A DNA stretch of 64,000 nucleotides. Origin: Antedon mediterranea. Lineage: Eukaryota; Animalia; Echinodermata. Positions 52,401 through 64,000 of the stretch are shown in pieces. How positions within the stretch are numbered: the first letter of the stretch is position 1; each line of letters begins with the position of its first letter. The translations under genes and the position numbers were made by a program. The DNA is taken from assembly GCF_964355755.1 (NCBI RefSeq), contig NC_092673.1:22999648-23063647 (forward strand), read 5' to 3'. The notes under the pieces were generated by a model that ran no database searches, was not told where the DNA came from, and was given only the letters and a program-made list of their open reading frames with translations.

Positions 52401-55400
52401 ATTTCTTTATTTCTAGCCACTACCAGTAACATTATCCAGTGGGCAGAATATATCATTAATATTTTTAGATACAGAAGGTAAAGTGTGGACATTTTTTATT
52501 TTTTAACTTCGTGAACTAACTGAACATTTTTTTAAGTGACTATAATTATAAATAATAATTTTTATGATAAAGATTTCTAGTGCACACTTCTCCATCAAGG
52601 TGGTACTAGGTTAAAATCCCTGTAAAAATCTATATTTTCCCCCTTCCTTTCTCTTTAATTATTCAATAATTGGATTTTAAATGTTAAGTTGTTTTGAATG
52701 TCTTAAAGGTTTTGCTGCTAATAATGTTTCTGAAAGTTACGATGCAAAGATATTTGCTGTTGCCACCTTACTCAGCTCCTACCTTATCTATAACTCAGTA
52801 AAGATTATAGACCAAGCTGATATGGATTACTTAGAACTTCTGGCAAGGAGGACACAGGTGAGTACACTTTTTATCTTTGTATGGACTGGACTTACAGGCC
52901 TATTGTCAGGTGTTTGTTTTGTTTTGTTTTATCTTTATACTGGGTGACCTCTTCAGTCAAAGACTGATCTCCCAGAGGGCCCAGTTGGTGATCAGTGGCT
53001 GTGATGTACTAGTACACCGGGGTAACCCCCTACTCGTCTCGAAAGATGTACTAGGTTCTTTAAAGTGCACACGAGCAAGTTGTGTACACTGGACCTACGG
53101 TTTATAGTCCTTATCCGAGAAGACTCGTTCTACCACCAGAACCATGGAGTGAGTGAGCCTCGAACCCCTGCCGATGTTATGGCTACGTGATTACGGTTCC
53201 ACTGTCTTAACCGCTCGGCCACTCACTCACTAGTATGCAATGCCAGTGGCAGGAATGTGAAATTTGTGAGTGTCTGAGGTTTTTAAAATGTAAAATCAAT
53301 GTATAGTTGCACTCCTGTGGAGGAAATGAAGACTGAACTCACCCGAAAAATATCCAGAGAATTATCGTTTAAAAAAAACTTCAGCGGAGGACCTTCGTTT
53401 CAGCCCTATGTGGCAGTAAGCCAGTACGTTTTCTCTTGCAATACAATGCCCAAAGTATTGGTTTTTATTAGTTGAGGATGCATGATTCCGAAGTTCATGA
53501 ATTCTTTGGTAATAACCCATTTTATATGTTTTTTTCCTTACAGCTTTTTGCTCTACGTTCACAGATGTCCCGTGCCAAATGGGCAAGTGATTTCAACCAT
53601 GATTTGTTGACATTTCCACCTTTGATGTGGGTGAGTACAATTTGTTAATTTAATACATGTGGTTTGCGGTGTGCTGGCCCATCTCAGCCCCTGTCGTTTC
53701 TGGTAGGTTCTGCACTGTGGCTGCAGTTAGACCTAATCCGAATGTCCTTAATTGACGATGAATATTAATACAAAATTAATTGTCTGATAGGTGGTTCAAG
53801 ATTTTGTACAAGCAATTGGTGATGATAAGTCCCCTAAGGAGTGGTTGCAAGGCATGATGGACTCATCAACATGGGAGAGTGAAGACCATAGGATCAGTTT
53901 ACTGGATGTGTTTGAATCCGTCAACTGTCACACATTGTTCTTTCCTGCAACAAGGAAAGATCTCTTGCAAGACCTGTCACAGGTAAATCTTTCAAGACGG
54001 GTAGGGGGTTACCCCAGTGTACTAGTACACACAGACACTGTCACTCATCAAGAGGGCCCCTTGATTGTCAGCCTACGCTGTTTAGGGTCACCCTCTATAT
54101 ATTATGGTTTGAATATTTGTTGATTTTCTTTTATTTCACACATTCAATAGCAGGCCTGACAATAACAAATTAAAACATGTTGTGTTTGAATTGTTGCACA
54201 GTTTAGAGTATATAACCGGAACTTTGCTGTTATGTATAGGGGTTTATGTCATACAATTCATTGTTGTTATTCCTACAAATGTTATGTTTTACACTTAGGC
54301 AAGAGAAGAAGACTTAACAGCAGAATACAAGTTAGAACGAGATAACCTTCTGCAAAAATTAAGGCTTGGAATCATACCGAAAGGAAAAAATGATCGTCCA
54401 ATGACAGGCCCTGAACTGGCAACTTTGATTGATATATTGGTAACAGCAGCAAATGAGGGCTCTCTTGCACAGGTAATTGTACATTGTTTAATAGATAATA
54501 ATTAGTGTCGCTGTATGTCTGCACTATCAAACTTTATGTGACAAAAAAATGTGATGTATCCATATATGAACATGATGATGTCATATCACTACCATATTTG
54601 GGCATATCACTGCTCTATTTGGGAACATCACACTTTTTTTGTCAAACTAGTTTGATAGTGTTGACAGAGCTTAAGAGTTGTTAGCTTTCATACTCACTAA
54701 CCAATGTAAATATTTATACGCATTTTACTTTAAGTTGTGATTCTTGGATCGCGAAAACACTCATTAATAGAATGAAGACACAAAACACTAAACACAATTA
54801 ACAATTCTCTAATCCCTCATGTAGTCATAGAAGTTTTAGACAACGTAAAATTACAGCTGTACTATTTTGGTTCATCAGGTACCAAGTCGCTGGCATGGGT
54901 TCATCCAGGACATGAAGCAGTCTGCAGTACAGGACTGCTTTAAGTTTTACGACACTGATATGGAGGTCTTGCATGAGAAACACCTGCATGGAGCTATTAA
55001 TCAGCATGAGCTTCTTGAATGGCATGAAATGGCTAAGAAGAAGACATTGAGGCTTCTGCAACAAGTACTCTTTGGGTATGTCAGTGTCACTTTTGCCGTG
55101 CATGAGCACTTCAACATGAAGTATCTCTTTGTGTTGCTTCTTAAATGTTGGGCTAATGTCATGGCATTCATGGTAGTGTCATGTAGTTTTTTCTCTTTTC
55201 TTTTGTTACAGTACTTCTACTACAGTAGAACCAGTCTACACTATCAAACTTTGTGACAACAAAATGTGATGTGCCCAAATGGACATGATGATGTCATATC
55301 ACTACCATATTTGGGCATATCACTACCATATTTGGGCACATTGTTGTTGCTAATGATTTCATTGTTTAGATTGGAACATGTATATGTGGAATCTTCAAAA

Positions 55401-58400
55401 GAAATGAACTCAACAATACAAGAAAACTTTGAGAAGGCAAACGAAATGAATGAGAAGAAGATTAAACTCCGCTGTGGAGAAATACAAAACAGACAAGAGG
55501 TTAGCTATTACTTTTATAGTTGAACCGTGGTTATACTTGTCAAATTTGGTTCAAATGTTCAATTAACGCCTGAGCACATGGTTTTTTGTTTGTTTTTTTT
55601 TAAATTGTGCAAGAGAATACTATTTTTTTGTTTGTAAAACTTTTGAACATTCATAATACAGTACAAACACCTGAAAAATGTAATAGAATGGGAGGCCCTG
55701 TATACTTGAAGAAACCTAAAATGTCTGTACTAGGCCTGTCACGACCAATATGGTCTGGAGCCGAAATTCTGGCTTGACCAGTTTTGGTCTGTCGTGAAAA
55801 TATGGTCTGGGGCCAAAATTTAGACTGGACTAATTTTTGCCTGTCGCGAAAAATATAGTCCGGGGCCAAAATTCCGACTGGACCAGTTTTGGTGTGTCGC
55901 AGCAAATATGGTTCGGGGCCAAAATTCTGTCTGGACCAGTTTTGGCAGCTTTCTTACACTCTTGCCACTGGGAGATGACATATCACTGCTTGTCCTGTCC
56001 CCATATTGACCATGAATTAATATGAAAGAAAATTGAAAAGAATGTAAATAATTTTAAGAATAATATTTTATTTTTGTGCGTGTAACCTTTATTAAGTTAT
56101 TCACTGATTTTATATGTTAGTATTTTCTTTAACTTATTTAATAAATTTGTGGTTTATCTTCAGCTACAAGTTGAAGAAGTCCTATCGCAGCTATCTCTAC
56201 CAGTACAAACATCAAGTTTGCTTGGCACTTACAATGGAGCCCTCTCTGGTGCTATCACAGGATATGCTGAACTGCTGGAACAACTTGAGGAAACAACAGC
56301 CTACAGGAAACACCTACACCAACTCAAGGTAATAACAGTTGTTCAGCATTATTTAAAGATGTATTTTCCCTAAAAAACATGATAAGGTGAAGGTTAATAA
56401 AATCAGACTTAAAATCAGCCATTTGCAGTTTAATAAAGTTGTACATTTCCATAAAAAAGACTAAAAATAACGATTACTTAATTAAAGACAAAATAATTAA
56501 TTTTGATCAATGCTTTAGCACTGAACGTTTTATTCAGAATAAATACTGAATAAAGTATTCAAAACTCACATAACAATTAATTTTCATTACATTACAGGCT
56601 TCTGTAGAAAATGTTAAGAATTCATACCTTTTCAAAAATTCAAAGGCGTTGGAAGCTATGTTTGAAAATGCAAGTAAAGCGGCGGTTGGTAAGTTAAACA
56701 ACTACGCCTGAAGGCTGCAACACTCTTATGATGATAACGATCGATGATAAATAGATAAACATACATTTTTCTTACATAAAACAAAAGAAATTCAAAAAGT
56801 TTTCATTCTAGAACTGTAGGATAGCAATTTATGCTGTCTTTGATATTTTTCTATTATGGGCGATCAATATCTTCCTATGGTGAATGGGCCTTTAACTCTA
56901 GGATTAACATTTCTATGTATTTCAGTGTGGCAGATCTGTATTTTTTTTTTCAATATTTCAAATTTAAAAATGAAATGGTGCCCTCTTTAAAATGATTAAA
57001 ATTTGACTTCTCTTTTTATATAAATTCATTAGTTACGTTGTCACATTTAAATTTATAAATAAAAATGTTAAATAATGTCTATTTTACAAAACAATACAGT
57101 ATCAGTTTTTAGTTTTCAAAGTACATGGAAATCCCTATGCCTATAATGGAGCAGTCCAATCGGAGATAAAGCAACTTTTGAACCCTAGGAATAACAGAGG
57201 AAGCAACGTATAGGATTAACTGAAACCTCCTCAGATAGGCAAGAAGTAGTGCATTGTGTTACAGTATAATAATGTTGTTATAAAGCACATTACACTATTA
57301 GAAAAAAAACTGACTTTAAAGGAAAGGAACACCCTGGGCTAAATGTGCCACTGTGCTTATAGATAAATGTAATAAAAACATGATTACAATGGTTCAAGGT
57401 ACAATAGTAAGCAATTAAGTTAAAAAATAGACTTTTAAACGACAAAATATCGAAAATTGAACAGCGCCATTTTGACAGGTTAAGAGCAATTATGTGACGT
57501 CAGATTAGGTGGACGCATTCAAGCAAATCCAAGCGCCCATCGTCTTAGTACAGTATTTCAATATGGAAGTGCGGGATATAACCATAAATAAAATCAATTA
57601 AATAGCCTAACATACCTAATACTTTTGGAATATGGCTTGGAGTTTTTATAATTCAAAAAATTTGGAACCAGAATATACAGAAAGAGAGTTAGTTTTGCGT
57701 CGTGCTGATGAGGAAAAAAGAAGAGAAGAAGAACATTCTCGAGCATAACAAGCCGTCGAAGAATGGTGTACTTTCGGCCAGTGTATCTGTACTGTATGCC
57801 TTACTAGGCCTAGAACTCGTGTTTAACGAAAATAAAGTAGACACTGCATCGTCAACCAACAGCCTCCGTTTGGAAGGTTTGCCAGTTAATTCCTCTACCA
57901 AATCCCGTTTGAAACAGCTAGGCAATAAAAGTAACAATAGATAAACAATAGCTGAAAGATTTACGAATTGGCTTGCAGAAGAAAAGATCGATCGAAGGTT
58001 TGTTTACCAAGCCAGCGCATGCTCATACCGTGTCATCGCCGTCCTGCATGACCGCATGTCGCGTTATTAGCCAATCATATTAGCGTATTCGCTTAGCCAA
58101 TAGAAGCGCTGAATGCAACCGCGAATCTTAAAATTTTCGTCGGCCGTATCTGACGTCACAAACAGGCTGCCATGAGCACAAGATGGCGATTTTCAAATGT
58201 CTTGAAAACAGCTTTAAAATCCTGTTTACTAGAAAACTACAAATCCGATTTAAACATAAATTGTGCTGAATATTAAGTTGGTAGGGTTACTTTTATAATA
58301 GTTAGGTAAGATATTAGGGTGTTCCTTTCCTTTAAGCAAGAATTTAATGGGATGTTCAGTACTATACTGTATTCGAAAATTAATGCAGTTTTATTTATTA

Positions 58401-61400
58401 TTTTGTAAACATATTATTTATTTCTTTTTCCTTTAGTAGGATGGATATATGTTTTCTAATTCATTCATTTTATATTTTCCATGAGTGTTAAAGAGTCGCT
58501 ATCTAATCGAGTTTGAACAATACCATGAAAGCATCAGTGATCTAATGGTTAGGACATTTGCATATCAAGCAGAAGGTTCCGGGTTCAAATCTTTTTCTCA
58601 TTCTCACAGATTTCCTAATCTTTTATCGTTTCAAATTAATTAATAAAATTTCGGTATATCGCTGGGCGGTTTAGAATTAGTGTTCTTTGCCTACTGTGTT
58701 TATATATACAGTATATATTTTGATAATTATATACAAGTTTATTATTTTGCATGATAACATTACATTTATTACCAACACATTAGTTTAGCAAAGCTGTCAA
58801 GCCAGGAAAGAATTAACTTAACATTAACAATAAATAATGTTTTACTCATAATATTGCACAACTTACAATATAAATATATAAAAACAATAAGAAAAAGGAG
58901 TGTGACACTACCTAATAAAAACTATTATATGATTACACCTTTTCTTGAATACCCAAAATTTAGCAAAAATATTTCTTTTATTGTCTTTAGCTGCAATGTC
59001 TACTGCTTGTCAATTAATCTGATAGCAGTACTTGCTATTCTAGTGGTCAGAACCAGGTCAGTTTCAGCAGACACAATGCAAACATAAAACCACACAAAAT
59101 AGTTGCACCCCTGCTGTTGTACCAACAATTTACACTGCACATAAAATGCATTTAGCTTACCCAGACATTCAAACAGCTGTAAAAATCATCAAATGAGCAG
59201 AAAGGGATTACATAACACCACATCAACCTTCACAGAAAAAAAATCCTTGGAGACAGGAAATGAAAATAGAACATTAACAGTAAATTCCAGATAAATAAAG
59301 GAGAGATTATAAGACCATAATTCATCCATGGCTTTTATTTTTTTATGAACTCTTTTGGGGGAAGGGACATTCTTTTCATCATCAAACACATTATGATTTA
59401 TTGTTATTCATTGTCATTAATTTAAAAGAAATTCTATCATTTTATTATAGAGAACCCCTGGATCTCAACTAGCCTGTGGTTCTAGATAAAAGGATAACCC
59501 TTTCAAATAAGTTTGAAATAAATGAGCTATAAATAACATTGTTTTTTACCTTTGAAATATTTTTTGATTTTTCAAAAAATGTAATGTAAATGAAATTGTA
59601 AAGAATGTACATAACTATTAATAAGATGATAATCTTTACTTTAAGGAGTTATTTGGGATAATTTCTTCTTTCATTATTTGCACTTTCTGTTAAAAGTAAG
59701 AAACGTTGTCCTTTCTCTAAACTTATAAATGGATTTATTTGTTTAGGTCATTTAATTCATAGATTCTACTCTAATCTAATGATATTTCTTTATATAATAA
59801 TTTATCTTTATTTAATTCTAAAATCAAGAAATATTTTTAGTAGGTTTAAGTGCCTGGAATTGTTTTTGTAGATATCTTTCCTGTTGTCTCTTATTGCTAA
59901 ATGTATTCCGGATTCCATTCCATAAGTCACAGTGGTCGGCTTCCCATTGCCAAGTGTGAATTGAAACAAAAAATAATTGCAAATCCAGGTCAAATAAGCC
60001 TAAATAAATATAATTTCATGTGATGTTTTTAAATTTATAAAAAATTCATTCATTTCAAATGTCATTTAGTAATTGAATAGAAGATAACAACATAGATAGT
60101 GTTTCACTTTCAAAATGTACAAAGCAAATGGTTTATATTTTATAAATAGATTTATTTCTTTCTTTCAAGTCAAGAGAGTCTGAACCCAGAAAAGCAAAAA
60201 CTTGTTTTTATTTCTGAAAGAGACAGAAGAAAAGCAAACATAAATTAAAGGGGACATATTGGAGCCCAACAAATTGTCCCCTTAATACGGATGTCTCTTG
60301 AATAGGGGTTATTCACAGTGTATAAACATATATTGCTTAGTTCCTGAGAAAGGAACACCATAGTAGGGGTGCCCCCTGATTAGACGGGTTGTTCAAACTG
60401 AGTGTATAAACATATATTACCTAGTTCCAGAGAAAGGAACCCCTTAATAGGGGTGCCCCCCGATTAGACGAGTTGACCTAAATGAGGGGTTCGTACTGTA
60501 TTGTATGAAAAAAAGATTTTATAAATACTAGTAAAATGGGTTTTAACATTTTTAGTTAGTTAGTTAATACATATTCATGAGATAATGCTTCTAAGTACAA
60601 AGGAGAAAATCCCGTTTGTCTGCCTTCAAGGATAAATTATTTCTACCGGGTCTGTTATTGGACATCAGATTAGAAGAAACTTTGTGATTGGTCAGTTTGG
60701 TTAATTCATATTCATAAACTAGTTAATCAAATGCTTCACAGCAATAGAGGAAACCAGATGGATATGAATAATTCATTTTTAATAAACAGGAACACCCTAC
60801 TTAAACACTGTCTCTTCATTGGACAACTCCCATCGGATTTGAAGATGTTTCTCATTGGATTTTAAAGACTTACAACGTCAGCTCTGTCGCCTTACATGAT
60901 GCATAGACGGTTTTCTTCTAGGCTTTCCCATCTTATCTCAGGATTAAGAAGTGTCCGTTTTACGTCCAGCTGTTAAATTTTATTTGTATATTAAAGTCCA
61001 ATATCCACTGGGATCTATATTTTCATATTTATAATATACATTTATTATTTAAAAAAGTTATTTTTCTGTCTATAAAAAGATTATATATATAATATGTTAT
61101 GATTAATAGGATATGCAGTAGGAGTATTATATCAATCTAATTATACTCCAATTAAACTATTAGACTTATTAACATGTACATAAGTTCATATTGATCATAG
61201 TTTACATATGGATATAAGTTGTTTACATTTAAATATAACCAGATTGCAAAGATTAAACTACCGTATTAATTCGATTGTTCAGGATGGTTTTTAGGGGGAG
61301 TTTATTCGGAGAGGCATTTATTCGAGGGAGGTGTATTTTTTTTAGTGTTTAATCAAATAAATACCCCCTAAATACAACACAATTAATATCGAGAAGTGAT

Positions 61401-61710
61401 AAAATACAGTAAAAATTGTATCAAAATGCTTGGTAAATTGTAGATTACTGTATGTCAATCAATGAATTTCTACTATGGAAATACTATGGAATAGATTAAA
61501 TATTTTTACTTTTATTTTTAAAATGCTTTATTATGTATTTCAGCTGAATTAAAATTGCTTACAATGCACCCTTCTCAAGACCCAATGACCCCTAATGACC
61601 TAAAGAGGTTGATAAAGAAAAGTTCGGAGAAGGTACTGGATCGTTTCCGGAGGGATACAGAACACTTCCACAAAGAAAAGGAGTATGATGTGTACATGAA
61701 TGTTGTGCAG
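49433..61710 (+). CDS. Guanylate-binding protein/atlastin-like large GTPase with N-terminal signal peptide (3' partial)
   Basis: Phase-compatible exons 49433-49499, 50192-50301, 50607-50774, 52417-52477, 52709-52857, 53544-53630, 53791-53982, 54299-54472, 54879-55075, 55370-55499, 56164-56328, 56598-56688 and 61544-61710. Motifs PLQLV, IVGKYHSGKSFLLNQL, ETMGIWMW, FLDTEG, DAKIFAVATLLSSYLIYNS, FPPLMWVVQDF and MTGPELA. No stop found in the window. Confidence 0.9.
50853..51493. mobile_element. Non-autonomous DNA transposon (EnSpm/CACTA-like termini)
   Basis: CCCGGGGGGTCACT...AGTGACCCCCCC termini around a GC-richer interior. Confidence 0.6.
51530..51820. repeat. Tandem ~160-bp duplication
   Basis: aattatttcttctctgct...ttttgaagagtgtac occurs twice. 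Confidence 0.85.
52050..52375. mobile_element. MITE with ATAGAGTTCTGCGGTG TIRs
   Basis: TIRs with internal TGACGTCA and mirrored tggttgctagccaa. Confidence 0.8.
52911..53232 (-). mobile_element. tRNA-derived SINE, family B
   Basis: Minus strand TGGCCGAGCGGTTAAG (A box), GGTTCGAA (B box) and an (AAAAC)n tail. Related pieces at ~62900-63030 (+) and ~54000-54070. Confidence 0.8.
55735..55948. repeat. ~53-bp tandem repeat, 4 copies
   Basis: aatatggtctggggccaaaatt...ggaccagttttggt recurs. Confidence 0.85.
57320..58331 (-). mobile_element. Kolobok-like element with a THAP-domain remnant
   Basis: 15-bp TIR AGGAAAGGAACACCC/GGGTGTTCCTTTCCT with TTAA TSD. Minus-strand SCFKRDLVEELTG..RRLLVDDAVSTLF resembles the THAP AVPTIF box. 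Confidence 0.8.
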
Positions 61711-63681
61711 GTAAATTTTAATTTGTAAAAATGTAGTTTAATTATCTAAATCTCTGTCTACACTATCAAACTTTATGTGAAAAAAAATGGTGTCATATTA
61801 CTACCATATTTGGGCACTCGCCACAGGTTGGTTCCCACTTCGATGTAACTGTAATCATATTTCACCTAGAAATGTTTATATTTGGCCAAATTTAAATGAA
61901 AAAATTCTTAATAAAAAACAATTTTAAATTCTGGATAACAACTTTAAGAGCAATTTGAATAAAAACATTTAAGAAAAAAACATTTATTTGGTTGTCAATA
62001 ATGGTTGACTGTAGTGTTAAAACATATATTTCCCCTTGTTCATTTATGGGAAAATGTCCCCTTCAAAGAAGAGGTTCTATTTTACCCTTTAGTGTGGTCG
62101 CCATACAACGCAATGACGTAGTCACAACACAAGTGGGTTGACTTGCTTGTGATTGCCCAAATCACTTGCAATGCATTTGAATGGGAACCAAGCTTTTGTT
62201 TTTAATCGCATGGCAATACAGTTGAAACCTAACAGCTTAACTTAAAGTATGATTCAAAAATATTTTAAATGTTACTGAATACATGGCAGAATATTCAGAT
62301 TGCTATTTTGATGTAGGTGGCAGTGAGATTTCCTTAACTGCATCAGCGGATGTTTTCTAACATTATTCATGTCCTTACCACAAGTCTCAAGACACAGATG
62401 AATGTTGTCGTAATTATGGTTAACTCAAGGCGTTCAATCTTATAGCATACTTTAGATTATAGAAACAAAGCTGTAAAAATACATGTGTTATGCCACATAT
62501 AATTTAATGTTTATAAACAAAATACACATAATAAACTTAATCACTTTAAAGATGTTTTGTCCCCCTGAAAAAATAATTCTTAACAGCATTTTTGTTGAAT
62601 GAATATACCATTTTAATGTAAAATTGTAATATAATAGTATATCCACTTTGACCGAAAATTGGATTGAAAAAGGGTGTATTTTATCTTTTTATAAGTTAAA
62701 ACATTTTTTTGTAATTTTTTTTCTACGGAACTGATTAACTTTATTAAAACTACAAAATAACATATTCAAATCTGATTTACTTAATCTTCATTTTTTCATG
62801 TTTTTGGGGGACAATACATCTTGAATAAAAAGGAAATTATAAAGGGAATTTCAAGCACTACTGGGTTTATAGAATGACCTAAATTCCATCACCATCAAAG
62901 TAAGCGAGTAAGTGCCCGAGCCATAACATCGGCAAGGGTTCGTTCGAGACTCGGTCCTGGTGGTAGAACGAGTCTTCTTGGATAAGGACTATAAACCGTA
63001 GGTCACATCTAGCTCATGTGCACTTTAAATTAAAAAAACATAACACCATGACATTCCCATATTTTTATTTTATAGCACCAACACATTAGTTAATGTAATG
63101 TGTTCGGGTCATTGAAAACCTAGTTCAGTCATTCATTTGAGGTGTATTTAAAAAAATCACAGTCACAATATTTTCATCAGATAGAATTAGATTATAAAAG
63201 CAAAAATTTACATTATATAATACAATACATTAATTAAAACCGGTGTCTACTAAAGAGTCTCTTCAAAGCAAACTAATATAAACGGTATAATCACAAAAAC
63301 AATGCAATGAAATACTTTATATTAATGGTTGCATCATTATTCAGCAATTCTATATTTCAAAAGTATTATAATGTGTGTGATGTTTTAAGGTGGTCTTTGA
63401 TGTAGTTGATTTATGATCTATGGATGTATATTCAATGCCGATTGTCTAGGGATTTGAGACACACTTTCTATGAACCCTCAAGAAATATACTGTAATATCA
63501 GACATGATTCAACCACGAATTAACATATAACTTTCAAAGAAATTATTATTAATAAAAAAAAAATAAATAAAGTTCACGAAAGTATAATGTGCCTAGATTG
63601 AAACTTAAGTTCAAGCATGGATAAATTATCAATTCTTCCATGGTTCAAGGGTACTATAGCTATTAGATAAGATATCTTGCA

Positions 63682-63999
63682 TCACAAGAACATATGGTAC
63701 CTACGGCAAGTAGTCGCAGCTACGTTTGCATTAAGTTTATCAACTGAACTTCCTGAGTCAAATTTATCCACTTGTACTTTAGAAGTTATGAGTGCAGTAC
63801 CCTCTTCTACATTGGGCTCGATTCTAACCCTAGCTATCCAAGAACAACAAAAGTTTTTTTGATGTACTGATATGATTAAGAAACACCTGACAAAACATTT
63901 TACAGTTACTGACATGTTTAATGTTATTTCTAAACTTTCTTTTGCACCAGTCTGCAATTCGATTTTTGTCTGTAAAATCCCTATTTGCAGCTCAAATGA
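63682..63999 (-). CDS. Possible coding exon of an antisense/nested gene, open to the window edge
   Basis: Stop-free frame of ~105 codons (SFELQIGILQTKIELQ...TTCRRYHMFL*) in AT-rich DNA; no recognised family. Confidence 0.25.
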   Translation of the reverse strand, partial: SFELQIGILQTKIELQTGAKESLEITLNMSVTVKCFVRCFLIISVHQKNFCCSWIARVRIEPNVEEGTALITSKVQVDKFDSGSSVDKLNANVAATTCRRYHMFL

Positions 64000-64000
64000 A

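Noticed and set aside
58531-58592. tRNA gene
   Set aside because: A/B-box-like motifs but no closing acceptor stem; likely a SINE head or pseudo-tRNA.

Overview
AT-rich, intron-rich animal (invertebrate) genomic DNA; not prokaryotic. Four spliced genes were assembled by hand. (1) An unrecognised ~512-aa Lys/Glu-rich gene (+, 2718-6569) whose promoter and first exon are triplicated. (2) WDR5 (-, 16213-21613). (3) A BET bromodomain gene (BRD2/3/4-fs(1)h family; +, 23808-44671), head-to-head with WDR5, with likely long and short isoforms. (4) A GBP/atlastin-like GTPase with an N-terminal signal peptide and altered catalytic motifs (+, from 49433, running off the window). BET introns host six snoRNA candidates: 3 SNORA48-like H/ACA, 2 SNORD10-like C/D and 1 C/D with a 14-nt 28S rRNA guide. 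One BET intron also has a candidate 39-nt poison exon behind two hairpins. The most unusual signal is a ~400-bp inverted repeat (7498-7938 / 9548-9952) that encloses a ~60-bp tandem array. In its aligned core all 30 transition differences form G-U wobbles on the + strand. Many MITEs, SINEs, a Kolobok-like element and tandem repeats are also present. All calls come from manual reading and recalled reference sequences; no searches were run.
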